Source: Coleofasciculus sp. B1-GNL1-01
GTDB taxonomy: Bacteria > Cyanobacteriota > Cyanobacteriia > Cyanobacteriales > Coleofasciculaceae
Strand: one strand, 5' to 3'
NCBI GenBank assembly: GCA_040220235.1
Contig: JAVJTO010000066.1
DNA: 15,623 nucleotides
The stretch's first letter is position 1, and every line of letters begins with the position of its first letter. Shown one piece after another: positions 1 to 7,896 of the stretch. The position numbers and the translations under genes were made by a program. The notes beneath the pieces are model-generated. The model was given only the letters and a program-made list of their open reading frames with translations. It made no database searches and was not told the origin of the DNA.

Positions 1-306
1 CTTAGTTCAACGGGACTTCTATCGAATTATTTCGTCTTTGGGTACTCCGGCTCAATCCCCCAAACGTCGTGGTTATTCACCTGGAAGAATTAAAGGTGAA
101 AAAAAAGAGCCGAGAACCCGCCATCAAGTTATCAAAAAACAACCACTTTGTAAAAAACAAAAGAGTCAAGTCTCCTAAGCTTTAGTCTGTAACCTTCTAA
201 ATCCGGTATTTCTGAGCTTTTCTTCGAGCTGAGATAGAGGAGCTATTGTCTCTTGCTTTATTTGCGTATTATTTACGCAAATTAAATAATTTTGTCCAAA
301 GTCCAA
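1..306 (+). mobile_element. Right part of an insertion sequence; terminus about 306 (…TTTTGTCCAAAGTCCAA)
   Basis: Transposase tail, then about 128 bp of AT-rich 3' region with a subterminal hairpin (ATTTGCGTA-ttatt-TACGCAAAT, 260-282). GAF-like coding on the minus strand stops abruptly at about 305-307. The left TIR is not in the window, so the boundary is uncertain by a few bp. Confidence 0.65.
2..178 (+). CDS. C-terminal 58 aa of an IS transposase (cyanobacterial DDE type, NF041680-like); 5' part lies outside the window
   Basis: Manual translation of frame +2: LVQRDFYRIISSLGTPAQSPKRRGYSPGRIKGEKKEPRTRHQVIKKQPLCKKQKSQVS*, stop TAA 176-178. The GTPA..PK.RG.SPG..KG....PR.R..V.KK tail is characteristic of this family as recalled; not searched. 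Confidence 0.8.
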   Translation, partial: LVQRDFYRIISSLGTPAQSPKRRGYSPGRIKGEKKEPRTRHQVIKKQPLCKKQKSQVS

Positions 307-1529
307 ATTGTCAGTATAGAAACATGAACGTTGGCTGATGACATTAGCACAGAGGGTATGGGTGACAGAAGTTGACCCTGATGACAACATGCGATCGTTT
401 GAATCCGATTCGGATGAATCAGTGTCTCCACCCAACCATAATCCACCTCTAAAAGTTGGGTGAGGTATGACATTAAGGATTGGCAGAACGTCTCTCCTGT
501 GGTAAATAAAAGATTACCCGTAATCTGTGCCAAAATAGCTGTGCGCTGTTGGGATTCGGTAATATCCCGCGCCACGGCATAAATTTTTCCCTCAGCGGTG
601 GAGATAGATGTCCAACCCAACCAACGATAGGAGCCATTCTGAGTCCGATAGCGATTCTTAAAGGTATAAATCACCTCACCCGCCTCTAATTGTTCAACCG
701 CTGTTACTGTCGCCTCTCGATCTTCTGGATGGATAAAGTTAACAAAGGGTTGACTGAGCAATTCTGCCTCAGAATAACCCAAGACGTCGGTAAACCGAGC
801 ATTAATCCGCTTAAAATAGCCGTCAGTTCCGGCAATACAAAATAAATCTAAGGAGAGATTAAAAAACTGCTGAAACTCATTTTGGATCAACTCTCGTTTC
901 CGAATCTCGTTCAGCAGCAAACTATTATTTTTTTGCAACGCCAGCGTGCGATCGCGAAGCTGTTTTTCTAAGGTTTGATTGGCTTGATTTAACGCCGCTT
1001 CTGTTGCTGTTTTTCCTCCGTAACTCTGCACTTTTGTCCCCAGATGTTCCACCGGAACATCTCTACTACTCTGCCTTTGATAAGAGCGAATCGCGGCAAC
1101 AATAGCTAGCCAACCTCGCTGGGTATTGAGTTCACCTTTGCTTAGATAGTGATCAATGTCATACTCCAAAAATACGGCTTCATTTACCTGACTATCTGGC
1201 GATTCCGTAAGCAGAATAATTTGCAGCCAATCATTTTGTTGAGAAACTCGGATAAATTGCACCAAGCTTAATCCGATAGGGGTATCCTCTCCGGCTTCCA
1301 GAGATTCTATAGCCACGTCTCCATTCGCCTGCCAAGGGATAAGAATAGCCGCTAAGTCAGAGCAAGTCGCAATAATGTGTTGGGCTTCGGATACAGAGGA
1401 TGTTGATAAAACGGCAATCGGTTGATTAGCAATTGTTATCGAGTCGCAAATGGAAGTAACAGATTGAGTCAGGGTAACGTCATTGTCTACCACTAAAACG
1501 GTCAAAGCTGTATTTTCTATTCCTACCAT
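307..1529 (-). pseudogene. Disrupted multi-sensor signalling gene: atypical receiver domain, coiled coil, PAS/PAC, partial GAF; truncated by the IS and frameshifted near 365
   Basis: ORF 282..1529: REC-like N-terminus (VLVVDND…IILLT…YDIDHYLSKGEL); PAS (FFNLSLDLFCIAGTDGYFKRIN…FIHPEDRE…NRYRTQNGSYRWL…YAVARDITE); GAF start (TGETFCQSLMSYLTQLL). The GAF continues in the alternative frame (THTLCANVISQRSCFYTDNL). No output domain is present. Confidence 0.75.
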
Positions 1530-1660
1530 TTTAAAAGATAAAATTATTTTATCAAGCCGTTTTTAACAGGTTGTCTGTTTCCGATGAAACCTCCACAAAA
1601 TCGATTCTGTCCGCTGTACTAATAAATTTTAACAAGCCGCAAGTCCTGACTGTTCCCTGG

Positions 1661-2329
1661 TTATGACTTATAACTGGATTGACACTCTAACGGTTGGGCG
1701 ACTTGTTTGAGTTTCAGATAAAAGTCCGAATCATCGGGCGGTGGCGTAAATTGATCAATGGGATGGTGATTAGTTTCGCGACGAGACCCATCCACTGGAT
1801 CAGGAAGACTGGTAGGATCAGGAGAAGGTAGGTCTGGAGGAGTGCGATCGCGTTCCCTAACCCGTTCTGGTTCTGGTTCAGACTGGGCGGGCATTTGCGG
1901 TAATGCTTCAACAGATTCTGTCGCCGATTCAGTGACCACAAATTCCTCTGACTGAGCCACCGCAACCGTAGAACTTGACTCAAACATATCCGGGAAACTC
2001 TCTATCCAGGACATCGATTCGGATGTCGTATCAACAGGGGCATTCAAATCTTGCGGTAATTTGCGACAAATCAACCGTTCAAACTCATGATTAAAGCGAT
2101 AGATAGGCTGTTCTCGTCGTCCCCAGACGGCTAAAATTTGCTCAACCGAAATCGCCTTATACCGTCCCTGATACAAGGCTTCAATCACCGCCAAACGAAT
2201 CCACTGGGCGGGATAGTCCTCCAACCAAAACTCAACTAATTCTGCCGCAGAATATCCCCTCAGTTCAAATCCATAGTGACTGAGTAACTCCACGGCATAG
2301 ATAATGGCTGACTCTATTTCATTGGTCAT
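1661..2329 (-). CDS. ftn6: Conserved cyanobacterial protein, probable cell-division factor Ftn6 (N-terminal DnaD-like domain plus acidic/Pro-rich disordered tail)
   Basis: N-terminal motif LLSHYGFEL…WL..YPAQWIRLAVIEALYQGRYKAISVEQIL..W.RR..P…FNHEFERLIC matches my recollection of the Ftn6 N-terminal domain. C-terminal IDQFTP…SDFYLKLK motif. The CDS itself is secure; the symbol is recalled, not searched. Confidence 0.6.
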   Translation of the reverse strand: MTNEIESAIIYAVELLSHYGFELRGYSAAELVEFWLEDYPAQWIRLAVIEALYQGRYKAISVEQILAVWGRREQPIYRFNHEFERLICRKLPQDLNAPVDTTSESMSWIESFPDMFESSSTVAVAQSEEFVVTESATESVEALPQMPAQSEPEPERVRERDRTPPDLPSPDPTSLPDPVDGSRRETNHHPIDQFTPPPDDSDFYLKLKQVAQPLECQSSYKS

Positions 2330-2355
2330 TCGTCATTGGTCATTGGTCATTGGTC
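2319..2355. repeat. Heptamer tandem repeat (TCATTGG)x5, STRR-like, overlapping the start codon of the ftn6-like gene
   Basis: tcattgg tcattcg tcattgg tcattgg tcattgg tc. Confidence 0.9.
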
Positions 2356-2356
2356 T

Positions 2357-2410
2357 AGGGAACAGGAAACACCTCGACTTCGCTCGGTGTGTCACAGGGA
2401 ACAGGGAACA
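2357..2410. repeat. AGGGAAC heptamer array interrupted by a small hairpin repeat (ACACCTCGACTTCGCTCGGTGT, 2369-2390)
   Basis: agggaac aggaaac [insert] agggaac agggaac. The insert has ACACC/GGTGT arms. Confidence 0.8.
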
Positions 2411-2428
2411 AACAAACTCAAAACTTCG

Positions 2429-2491
2429 GTTGGGGCGGGTTTAGTCACATCGGGGCGGGAAAAAAACGATAATAGTGAAACCCGCCCCTAC
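2429..2491. repeat. REP/REPIN-like inverted-repeat element (GTAGGGGCGGGTTT family), 63 bp
   Basis: GTTGGGGCGGGTTT 2429-2442 and AAACCCGCCCCTAC 2478-2491 (13/14 complementary), immediately downstream of the SLH gene stop. Confidence 0.85.
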
Positions 2492-2496
2492 ATCCC

Positions 2497-4578
2497 TTAA
2501 AAACTCTTTGATCCTTGAACAATATACGGGGAATTGATAGCATTGACACGCCCTTGTTGCACTAAGGCTTGATACAGAAACGCCGTGGCATCGGCGCGGG
2601 TAGCAGCTTGTTTCGGGTTTAACCGGGAGGGTTTGGGATAATTGACGATAATCCCGGCTTGAGTAGCCGCCGCTACAGCAGATTGGGCGTAAATGGGAAT
2701 ATTATCTTGATCCTGATAAATTTCCAAGCGGTTTCCCTCTGCCTCAGGTAAAGAAAGCCCTTGGACTAAGGAGACAATCAACTCAACCCGCCGTAAACTT
2801 TGTTGAGGGTGAAAGGTTTGGTCAGGGAAGCCAGAGAGGAAGCCACCGCGATAGGCTTGACTAATCACGGCTGACGCCCAGAAGTTGGCGGGAACGTCGC
2901 TAAATTGAGTAGCGGGGCGGATGGGTGTAGGGTTAAAGACTTTCACCACTAACGCTGCATATTGCGCCCGATTTAAGGGGGCATCCGGTTTAAAGCTACC
3001 ATCCGCAAAGCCACTAATTAAGTTTAATCCCGCTAGAGGGCGAATAAAATCAGCCGCCCAGTGATTTTGAATATCGGTAAACGAGGGAACATACCCCTCC
3101 GGGTTAACAATATAAGGGGATGAGATAGCCGAGGCTTCGCCAGTTGAGACTAACGCCTGGTAAATTAAGGCAGCGACTTCGGCGCGGCTAATTGGTTGCA
3201 TGGGTTTGAGTTCTTGCAGGCGGGGATAATTCACCACCAATTGCCGTTGTGTCGCCGTAGCCAGGGCATCTGTAGCATAACTGGGAATCTGGGCGCGATC
3301 GCGGTAAAACAAAAGTAGGTTGCCATTCCCACTCCCTAATCCCAACCCATTCACCACTGATACCAGCGCCTGTATCCGGGTCAGATTTTGCTGGGGGCGA
3401 AACGTACCATCCGGGAATCCAGAGATAAATCCCATACTCGCCGCCTTACGAATCGCCGCCGCCGCCCAAAAGTTATCCGCGACATCACGAAATGAACCCG
3501 ATGTCGCCCCTACCTGGCGGGGTAAGTTAAACGTTTGGGCAATAATCGCCGCATACTGGGCGCGGGTAATATTCGCTTCCGGCTTAAAGGTGCCATCAGG
3601 AAACCCGCTAATTAACTCCCGTTTGACTAATTCCTGAATAAACCGACTTGCCCAATGATTGCCCAAATCACTAAACTGAGTCGGACCCAGTGCTGATGCA
3701 GGAACCTCTGCCGCACTCAAGGTAACGGCACCGGAAATACGGGCAGGATTTAACAAGTTGCCCACCGAAACTAATGTCAAGGATGTACTATTTTGTAAAT
3801 CAACATCACCATTATCTTGTAAGATATTCCCGGCTGGGTCTTGACGACTGCCTAAATTGGGTTGGGCAGACCCATTGACAATTAGCCCCCCATTGCTATT
3901 ATTTTCAATCCGATTCCGGCGCAGAACGGGTTGAGCTTGGCGAGACAAAACGATTCCCGCCTTATTATTCATTAACGTATTATCAGCAATTAAGGGCGCA
4001 GCATGATCACTCAGAGCAATCCCATACCCCGTGCGTTGACAGCGATTGCGCCGCAGTTCCCCTTTCGCATTTCGCACCAGGAAGATACCACTAGAGGCAT
4101 TTTCGCTTAATTCATTATCCATAATTAGCGGTTTTGCCGTCCCCGTGACAAAAATCCCCTCCCGACCGCAACCCGTTAGAGTAGAATTCGCGATAATCGG
4201 GGCGCTGGATTCAATCCAAATCCCGGTTCCCTTCGCCACAGGATTCGTCACCGTCACCCCGCGCAGTTCAGCTTGAGAATCAGGTTTAACCGTAATCGAT
4301 TGACTGCCAAAACTGGGGCTACTATAATCACCACTCCCCACCAAGACAATATCCCTACCTTTACTCGACTCATCACCAATAACAACAATCCCCGACGGAA
4401 TCACAATCGGGAAACGCTCCCCATGCGCCGCATTGTACATTCCCGATGCCAAATAAATCGTAGTATCAGCCGTAGCTTGCCTGATGGCGTAGGTTAAGGT
4501 GCGAAAGGGAGCATCCGCAGAGCCTGGATTCGCATCCTGACCTGTTACTGGGTTGACATAGAGAGTGGATTGAACCAT
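2497..4578 (-). CDS. DUF1565 / right-handed parallel beta-helix protein with six S-layer homology (SLH) domains
   Basis: N-terminal LYVNPVTGQDANPGSADAPFRTLTYAI…G.Y….GERFPI…; G-I/N-rich beta-helix repeats; two triplets of SLH motifs (FSDLGNHWA…ISGFPDGTFKPEANITRAQ, FTDIQNHWA…ISGFADGSFKPDAPLNRAQ, etc.). Confidence 0.9.
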   Translation of the reverse strand: MVQSTLYVNPVTGQDANPGSADAPFRTLTYAIRQATADTTIYLASGMYNAAHGERFPIVIPSGIVVIGDESSKGRDIVLVGSGDYSSPSFGSQSITVKPDSQAELRGVTVTNPVAKGTGIWIESSAPIIANSTLTGCGREGIFVTGTAKPLIMDNELSENASSGIFLVRNAKGELRRNRCQRTGYGIALSDHAAPLIADNTLMNNKAGIVLSRQAQPVLRRNRIENNSNGGLIVNGSAQPNLGSRQDPAGNILQDNGDVDLQNSTSLTLVSVGNLLNPARISGAVTLSAAEVPASALGPTQFSDLGNHWASRFIQELVKRELISGFPDGTFKPEANITRAQYAAIIAQTFNLPRQVGATSGSFRDVADNFWAAAAIRKAASMGFISGFPDGTFRPQQNLTRIQALVSVVNGLGLGSGNGNLLLFYRDRAQIPSYATDALATATQRQLVVNYPRLQELKPMQPISRAEVAALIYQALVSTGEASAISSPYIVNPEGYVPSFTDIQNHWAADFIRPLAGLNLISGFADGSFKPDAPLNRAQYAALVVKVFNPTPIRPATQFSDVPANFWASAVISQAYRGGFLSGFPDQTFHPQQSLRRVELIVSLVQGLSLPEAEGNRLEIYQDQDNIPIYAQSAVAAATQAGIIVNYPKPSRLNPKQAATRADATAFLYQALVQQGRVNAINSPYIVQGSKSF

Positions 4579-4723
4579 TAATTTAGAATTTCCGATGTAA
4601 AGTAACCTATTTCAGCTTAAGTAGAATCCCCACACTGTTAATGTAGTATGATATTGTAGTATAGGAACAATTCAAGACTGGCAGCGATCAGTACCATTCA
4701 GCTTAAGTCAGCGACATTCCACC

Positions 4724-4854
4724 TAAGTAGGTGGACACAATTAAAGTTAGCGATGGAGATTAGAGAACTCTTAACTGGGAACAGGGAACAGTAAGGGTTT
4801 GAGGCTGGTTTACATAACTTAATCTAGTTAGGTTTATTTCCACCAACCTACTTA
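4724..4854. mobile_element. MITE (about 127 bp) with imperfect TIRs and TA target duplication, IS630/Tc1-like signature
   Basis: c-TA-AGTAGGTGGACACAATTAAA … TTTATTTCCACCAACCTACT-TA-g. The outer 10 bp are a perfect inverted repeat, and the reconstructed empty site is CTAG. It contains an internal GGGAACA repeat and has no coding capacity. Confidence 0.75.
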
Positions 4855-4916
4855 GAGAAACTTAAGAACCCACGAGCGAGGATAGATGTCCTGTATTATC
4901 AACAATTTAGTCAGGA

Positions 4917-7802
4917 CTAATTTCTCAATTTATCGAGAAAATACCAGGTTTTGACCAAATTTCCTTGCATCAGGGCAGCAACACCAGAAAGGGCTTGGAG
5001 TTCAGATAGATTCGGGTTGAGAGTTAGGGCAGGTTTAAGGGCATTTTGAGCATCTCTACCTCGCCATTCATACAAATAAACGAAGGCAAGATAAGCATGA
5101 GCATAAGGATTTTGGGGATCAAGCTGGACGACTCGCTTTAACGCCGCGATCGCACTCTGAGAATCTACTTGTAAAACCCTAGACAAAGCTAGAGCATACG
5201 CTAAATCTAACCGTTGCGGTTCCAACTTTAACCGATGAGTCAACACCAAATCTATCTGCACTAGATAATCTTGAATTGGGTCATACTGATTAATTCGCCC
5301 TGTTTGTTCAAAGATAGCCTCCAGCGAGTCAGCACCATTTGGTAAAGTCGCTGCTAATGTCCGAAATTGGGTAATTAGGTCTAATTCCGGTGCAGGTGTT
5401 GTAGACGCTTTTGGGTCAATTTTTATTTGAACGGCTGGTACTGATATCGGATAGGTTTCCCCAGTTTCACGATTCAAATAGGTTGCTTTTAAGGTATACC
5501 TTCCTGCGGGGATATCTGCTGGAGGTAACATCGCCATCCGTTCACTAACCTGGCATTTAGGCGATTGATTGGTGACGCTTGATAGCCGACGGTTGTTTGT
5601 TGACTTCGGAAACAAGTTTCCCATGGCAATACCATGATCATGTAGCCATTGATATTGATATCCTGCTTCCAGCGAATGCCAGGTTAATAGCACAATTCCC
5701 GATTGTAACGGTTGCCAATCCCCTGTCCATTCATAGGTAACAGGTACAGGGAAACCAGGGGGGGCTGTTTCTGGGACAATCACCCGATTTAATTGAATTT
5801 TATTTAATCCTTCGACTACGCTTAAGGACAGGTTGTTGAATAAGAGCTTATTTTGTTGTTCATTCATTGGTGAAGAGGGCGGGTTTTGTTGAACATTTAT
5901 TGGTGGGTATCTGAAGTGAGTTCCTAAACCCGCCCCTACAATTGGGTTGAAATATGTCCCGATAATTGACTGTTTTCTGTTAACTTTTTCTACCTGGAAA
6001 AATGGCTGATGTCGGTGATAAAGCTTGAGCAGAGTACCATCAGGTAAATCCCACGTCTTCTGGAGTTGGAATTCTCCGCCTTTTTCCACCTTCTCTACTA
6101 TAGCTTTTTGCGCTTCAGGAACAGACCCTTGATCCCCTGTTTTCGTCACAAACCAAGAGAGCGATCGCGCATCCTGTTCAACCTGCTTTTCTCGTACTCC
6201 CACCTGACGTCCATAGACCTGAAAATCCCGCAACGCCCCATAATAATTTAAGTTGTGTTGATTAATTTCAGGGGTTGACGGTAATACCCCTAACGTTGTC
6301 TGTAAATTCGGAGAAGTTTGGATAATTTCATCAATCACCTGCGCCAGGGGAATAGGTTCTCCCAAATAAGGAAAATGTTGAACACGCGGCGCAAGAACTT
6401 GAGTTAAAAAACCACCGCCCAAAGGAAACAAATTCAGCACCATTAACACAGACGCCAACCCCACCGTACCCCAGCGAACAGACTTACCCCAACCCCCTTG
6501 CCAGACAAGTAAACCCGATGCTAAAACTAACGAAAATACAGGCAACAATGGCAAAATATACCGAGCATCCTTATTTACATTCAGAGAACACAGTAAATAC
6601 CCCCCAACCAAAAACACAGCCAGCCAACCGAAAGACCAACGTAACCCACCCAACCCATATCGTTTCTGAAACCCTCTGCGCCCCTCTGCGTTAACCTCTG
6701 CGCCCCTCTGCGTTGAAAAAACATCCTCCCTTTGTCTACCCCAAACCTTCTCTTTTTTGCGCCAATAAAGAATCAAACCCACAATCGGCACAAGCAACAA
6801 AACCCAAGACACCAAATACGGTAAAATCTTCCCATAATAAAGCCAAGCCTCCAAAGTATTCAGCGCCGGATCACCCTCTGCGATCGCGGAATCTAAGGTT
6901 GCTCGTTTCCCAGACGTTAAAATAAGTAGCCAGTTGGTGCGATACCAGGGATAAAATATAAACCCAGATACCAACAATCCCACGATTAACTGAGCAAATC
7001 GCCCCCAGTTTCGCCGTCGAATTGTCCCCGCGATAACCCAAACAATCGGGATAAATAGAAAAAATAGCGCCGTTTGCTTTACCATGAGCGCTAATCCCAG
7101 GGATAAGCCAAAGATTATCGCCCAGAGTAGAGATTGAAGCGATCGGCTGCCTATCAATTTTGTAGGTTGGGTTGAGGTACGAAACCCAACGCCATCGTTA
7201 TTGTGAACATTATCATGTCCGCCTAAACAGTCATCATTTCCTTTTCCCTTGTCTCCATCAAATTTAACTGATGATATTAAACCTTGATTTCGCCAAACTG
7301 TGAGACAGAAAAAACTGAGGGTAACAACAGCCGTTAGCGGATAATCCAGCAGGAATTCTAAACGATAACGATAGAGTCCCGGTAAAAGCACCGTTAATCC
7401 AGCCGCCCATACTCCAACCCGACGATTGAAAAGTTGGACACCTAAGCCATAAACGGAACCCAAAAGAATAGCATGAAAGAGTAACAGAACCAGCGTCGCT
7501 TGATCCGTTCCCCGACCAAAAAACTGTTGAATAATCGCCGTAGCGATATAAGTAAACGGCGGTATCTTAGACGAAAGTTGCCATAAATTCGTCCACCATT
7601 CTCCAGAAAACCACTCCGGATGCTGCAACGCTTGCCAATAATTTAACGAACCCGTCAAATAATCCGCCTGATCCCAAGCTGGGACAGAATTGTCAAGCGC
7701 AAACCACAGGCGATCGCACAACGCGCTGGCTAGCCAAATCAGTCCCAGAATACCCAGATATTTGCGGTTCCCCGTTTTCCACCACTGTAATCGGTTGTTC
7801 AT
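4917..7802 (-). CDS. Phospholipid-carrier-dependent (ArnT/PMT-like, GT-C fold) membrane glycosyltransferase with C-terminal TPR
   Basis: Multiple TM segments; PAWDQADYLTGSLNYW, SSKIPP, FLLDYPLTA, LALMVKQT, NKDARYILPLLP motifs; TPR-like AIAALKRVVQLDPQNPYAHAYLAFVYL. ATG 7802 preferred over 7841 because the extra 13 codons are heptamer repeat. Confidence 0.88.
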   Translation of the reverse strand: MNNRLQWWKTGNRKYLGILGLIWLASALCDRLWFALDNSVPAWDQADYLTGSLNYWQALQHPEWFSGEWWTNLWQLSSKIPPFTYIATAIIQQFFGRGTDQATLVLLLFHAILLGSVYGLGVQLFNRRVGVWAAGLTVLLPGLYRYRLEFLLDYPLTAVVTLSFFCLTVWRNQGLISSVKFDGDKGKGNDDCLGGHDNVHNNDGVGFRTSTQPTKLIGSRSLQSLLWAIIFGLSLGLALMVKQTALFFLFIPIVWVIAGTIRRRNWGRFAQLIVGLLVSGFIFYPWYRTNWLLILTSGKRATLDSAIAEGDPALNTLEAWLYYGKILPYLVSWVLLLVPIVGLILYWRKKEKVWGRQREDVFSTQRGAEVNAEGRRGFQKRYGLGGLRWSFGWLAVFLVGGYLLCSLNVNKDARYILPLLPVFSLVLASGLLVWQGGWGKSVRWGTVGLASVLMVLNLFPLGGGFLTQVLAPRVQHFPYLGEPIPLAQVIDEIIQTSPNLQTTLGVLPSTPEINQHNLNYYGALRDFQVYGRQVGVREKQVEQDARSLSWFVTKTGDQGSVPEAQKAIVEKVEKGGEFQLQKTWDLPDGTLLKLYHRHQPFFQVEKVNRKQSIIGTYFNPIVGAGLGTHFRYPPINVQQNPPSSPMNEQQNKLLFNNLSLSVVEGLNKIQLNRVIVPETAPPGFPVPVTYEWTGDWQPLQSGIVLLTWHSLEAGYQYQWLHDHGIAMGNLFPKSTNNRRLSSVTNQSPKCQVSERMAMLPPADIPAGRYTLKATYLNRETGETYPISVPAVQIKIDPKASTTPAPELDLITQFRTLAATLPNGADSLEAIFEQTGRINQYDPIQDYLVQIDLVLTHRLKLEPQRLDLAYALALSRVLQVDSQSAIAALKRVVQLDPQNPYAHAYLAFVYLYEWRGRDAQNALKPALTLNPNLSELQALSGVAALMQGNLVKTWYFLDKLRN
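5809..5832. repeat. Short dispersed repeat CCTTCGACTACGCTTAAGGACAGG inside the CDS (encodes LSLSVVEG)
   Basis: Core TCGACTwCGCT shared with the intergenic copy at 2369-2390. Confidence 0.7.
5872..5939. repeat. REP/REPIN-like element inside the CDS (encodes VGAGLG…QNPPS)
   Basis: GGGCGGGTTT 5877-5886 … AAACCCGCCCCTAC 5926-5939. The right arm is identical to 2478-2491. Confidence 0.85.
6673..6716. repeat. Two 22-bp units (four CCTCTGCG cores) inside the CDS (encodes TQRGAEVNAEGRRG)
   Basis: cctctgcgcccctctgcgttaa cctctgcgcccctctgcgttga. Confidence 0.85.
7162..7190. repeat. GTAG-type REP hairpin inside the CDS (encodes VGFRTSTQPT)
   Basis: GTAG-GTTGGGTT-gaggtacga-AACCCAAC: GTAG tetranucleotide followed by an 8-bp stem. 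Confidence 0.8.
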
Positions 7803-7896
7803 GGTTGATTGTTCATTGTCCAATAACCAGTAACTACTCACTATAGCGGAGTTTCTTAAGTTACCTTAGAGAGAAAGCTGCCATCGTAACCGAGGT

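Noticed and set aside
175..435. 86-aa minus-strand ORF as a real gene
   Set aside because: Chimera of an off-frame segment, a short frameshifted GAF piece and antisense IS sequence.
3320..4497. Plus-strand ORFs 3320-3637, 4046-4276 and 4273-4497
   Set aside because: Antisense shadows of the DUF1565/SLH gene with no recognisable motifs.
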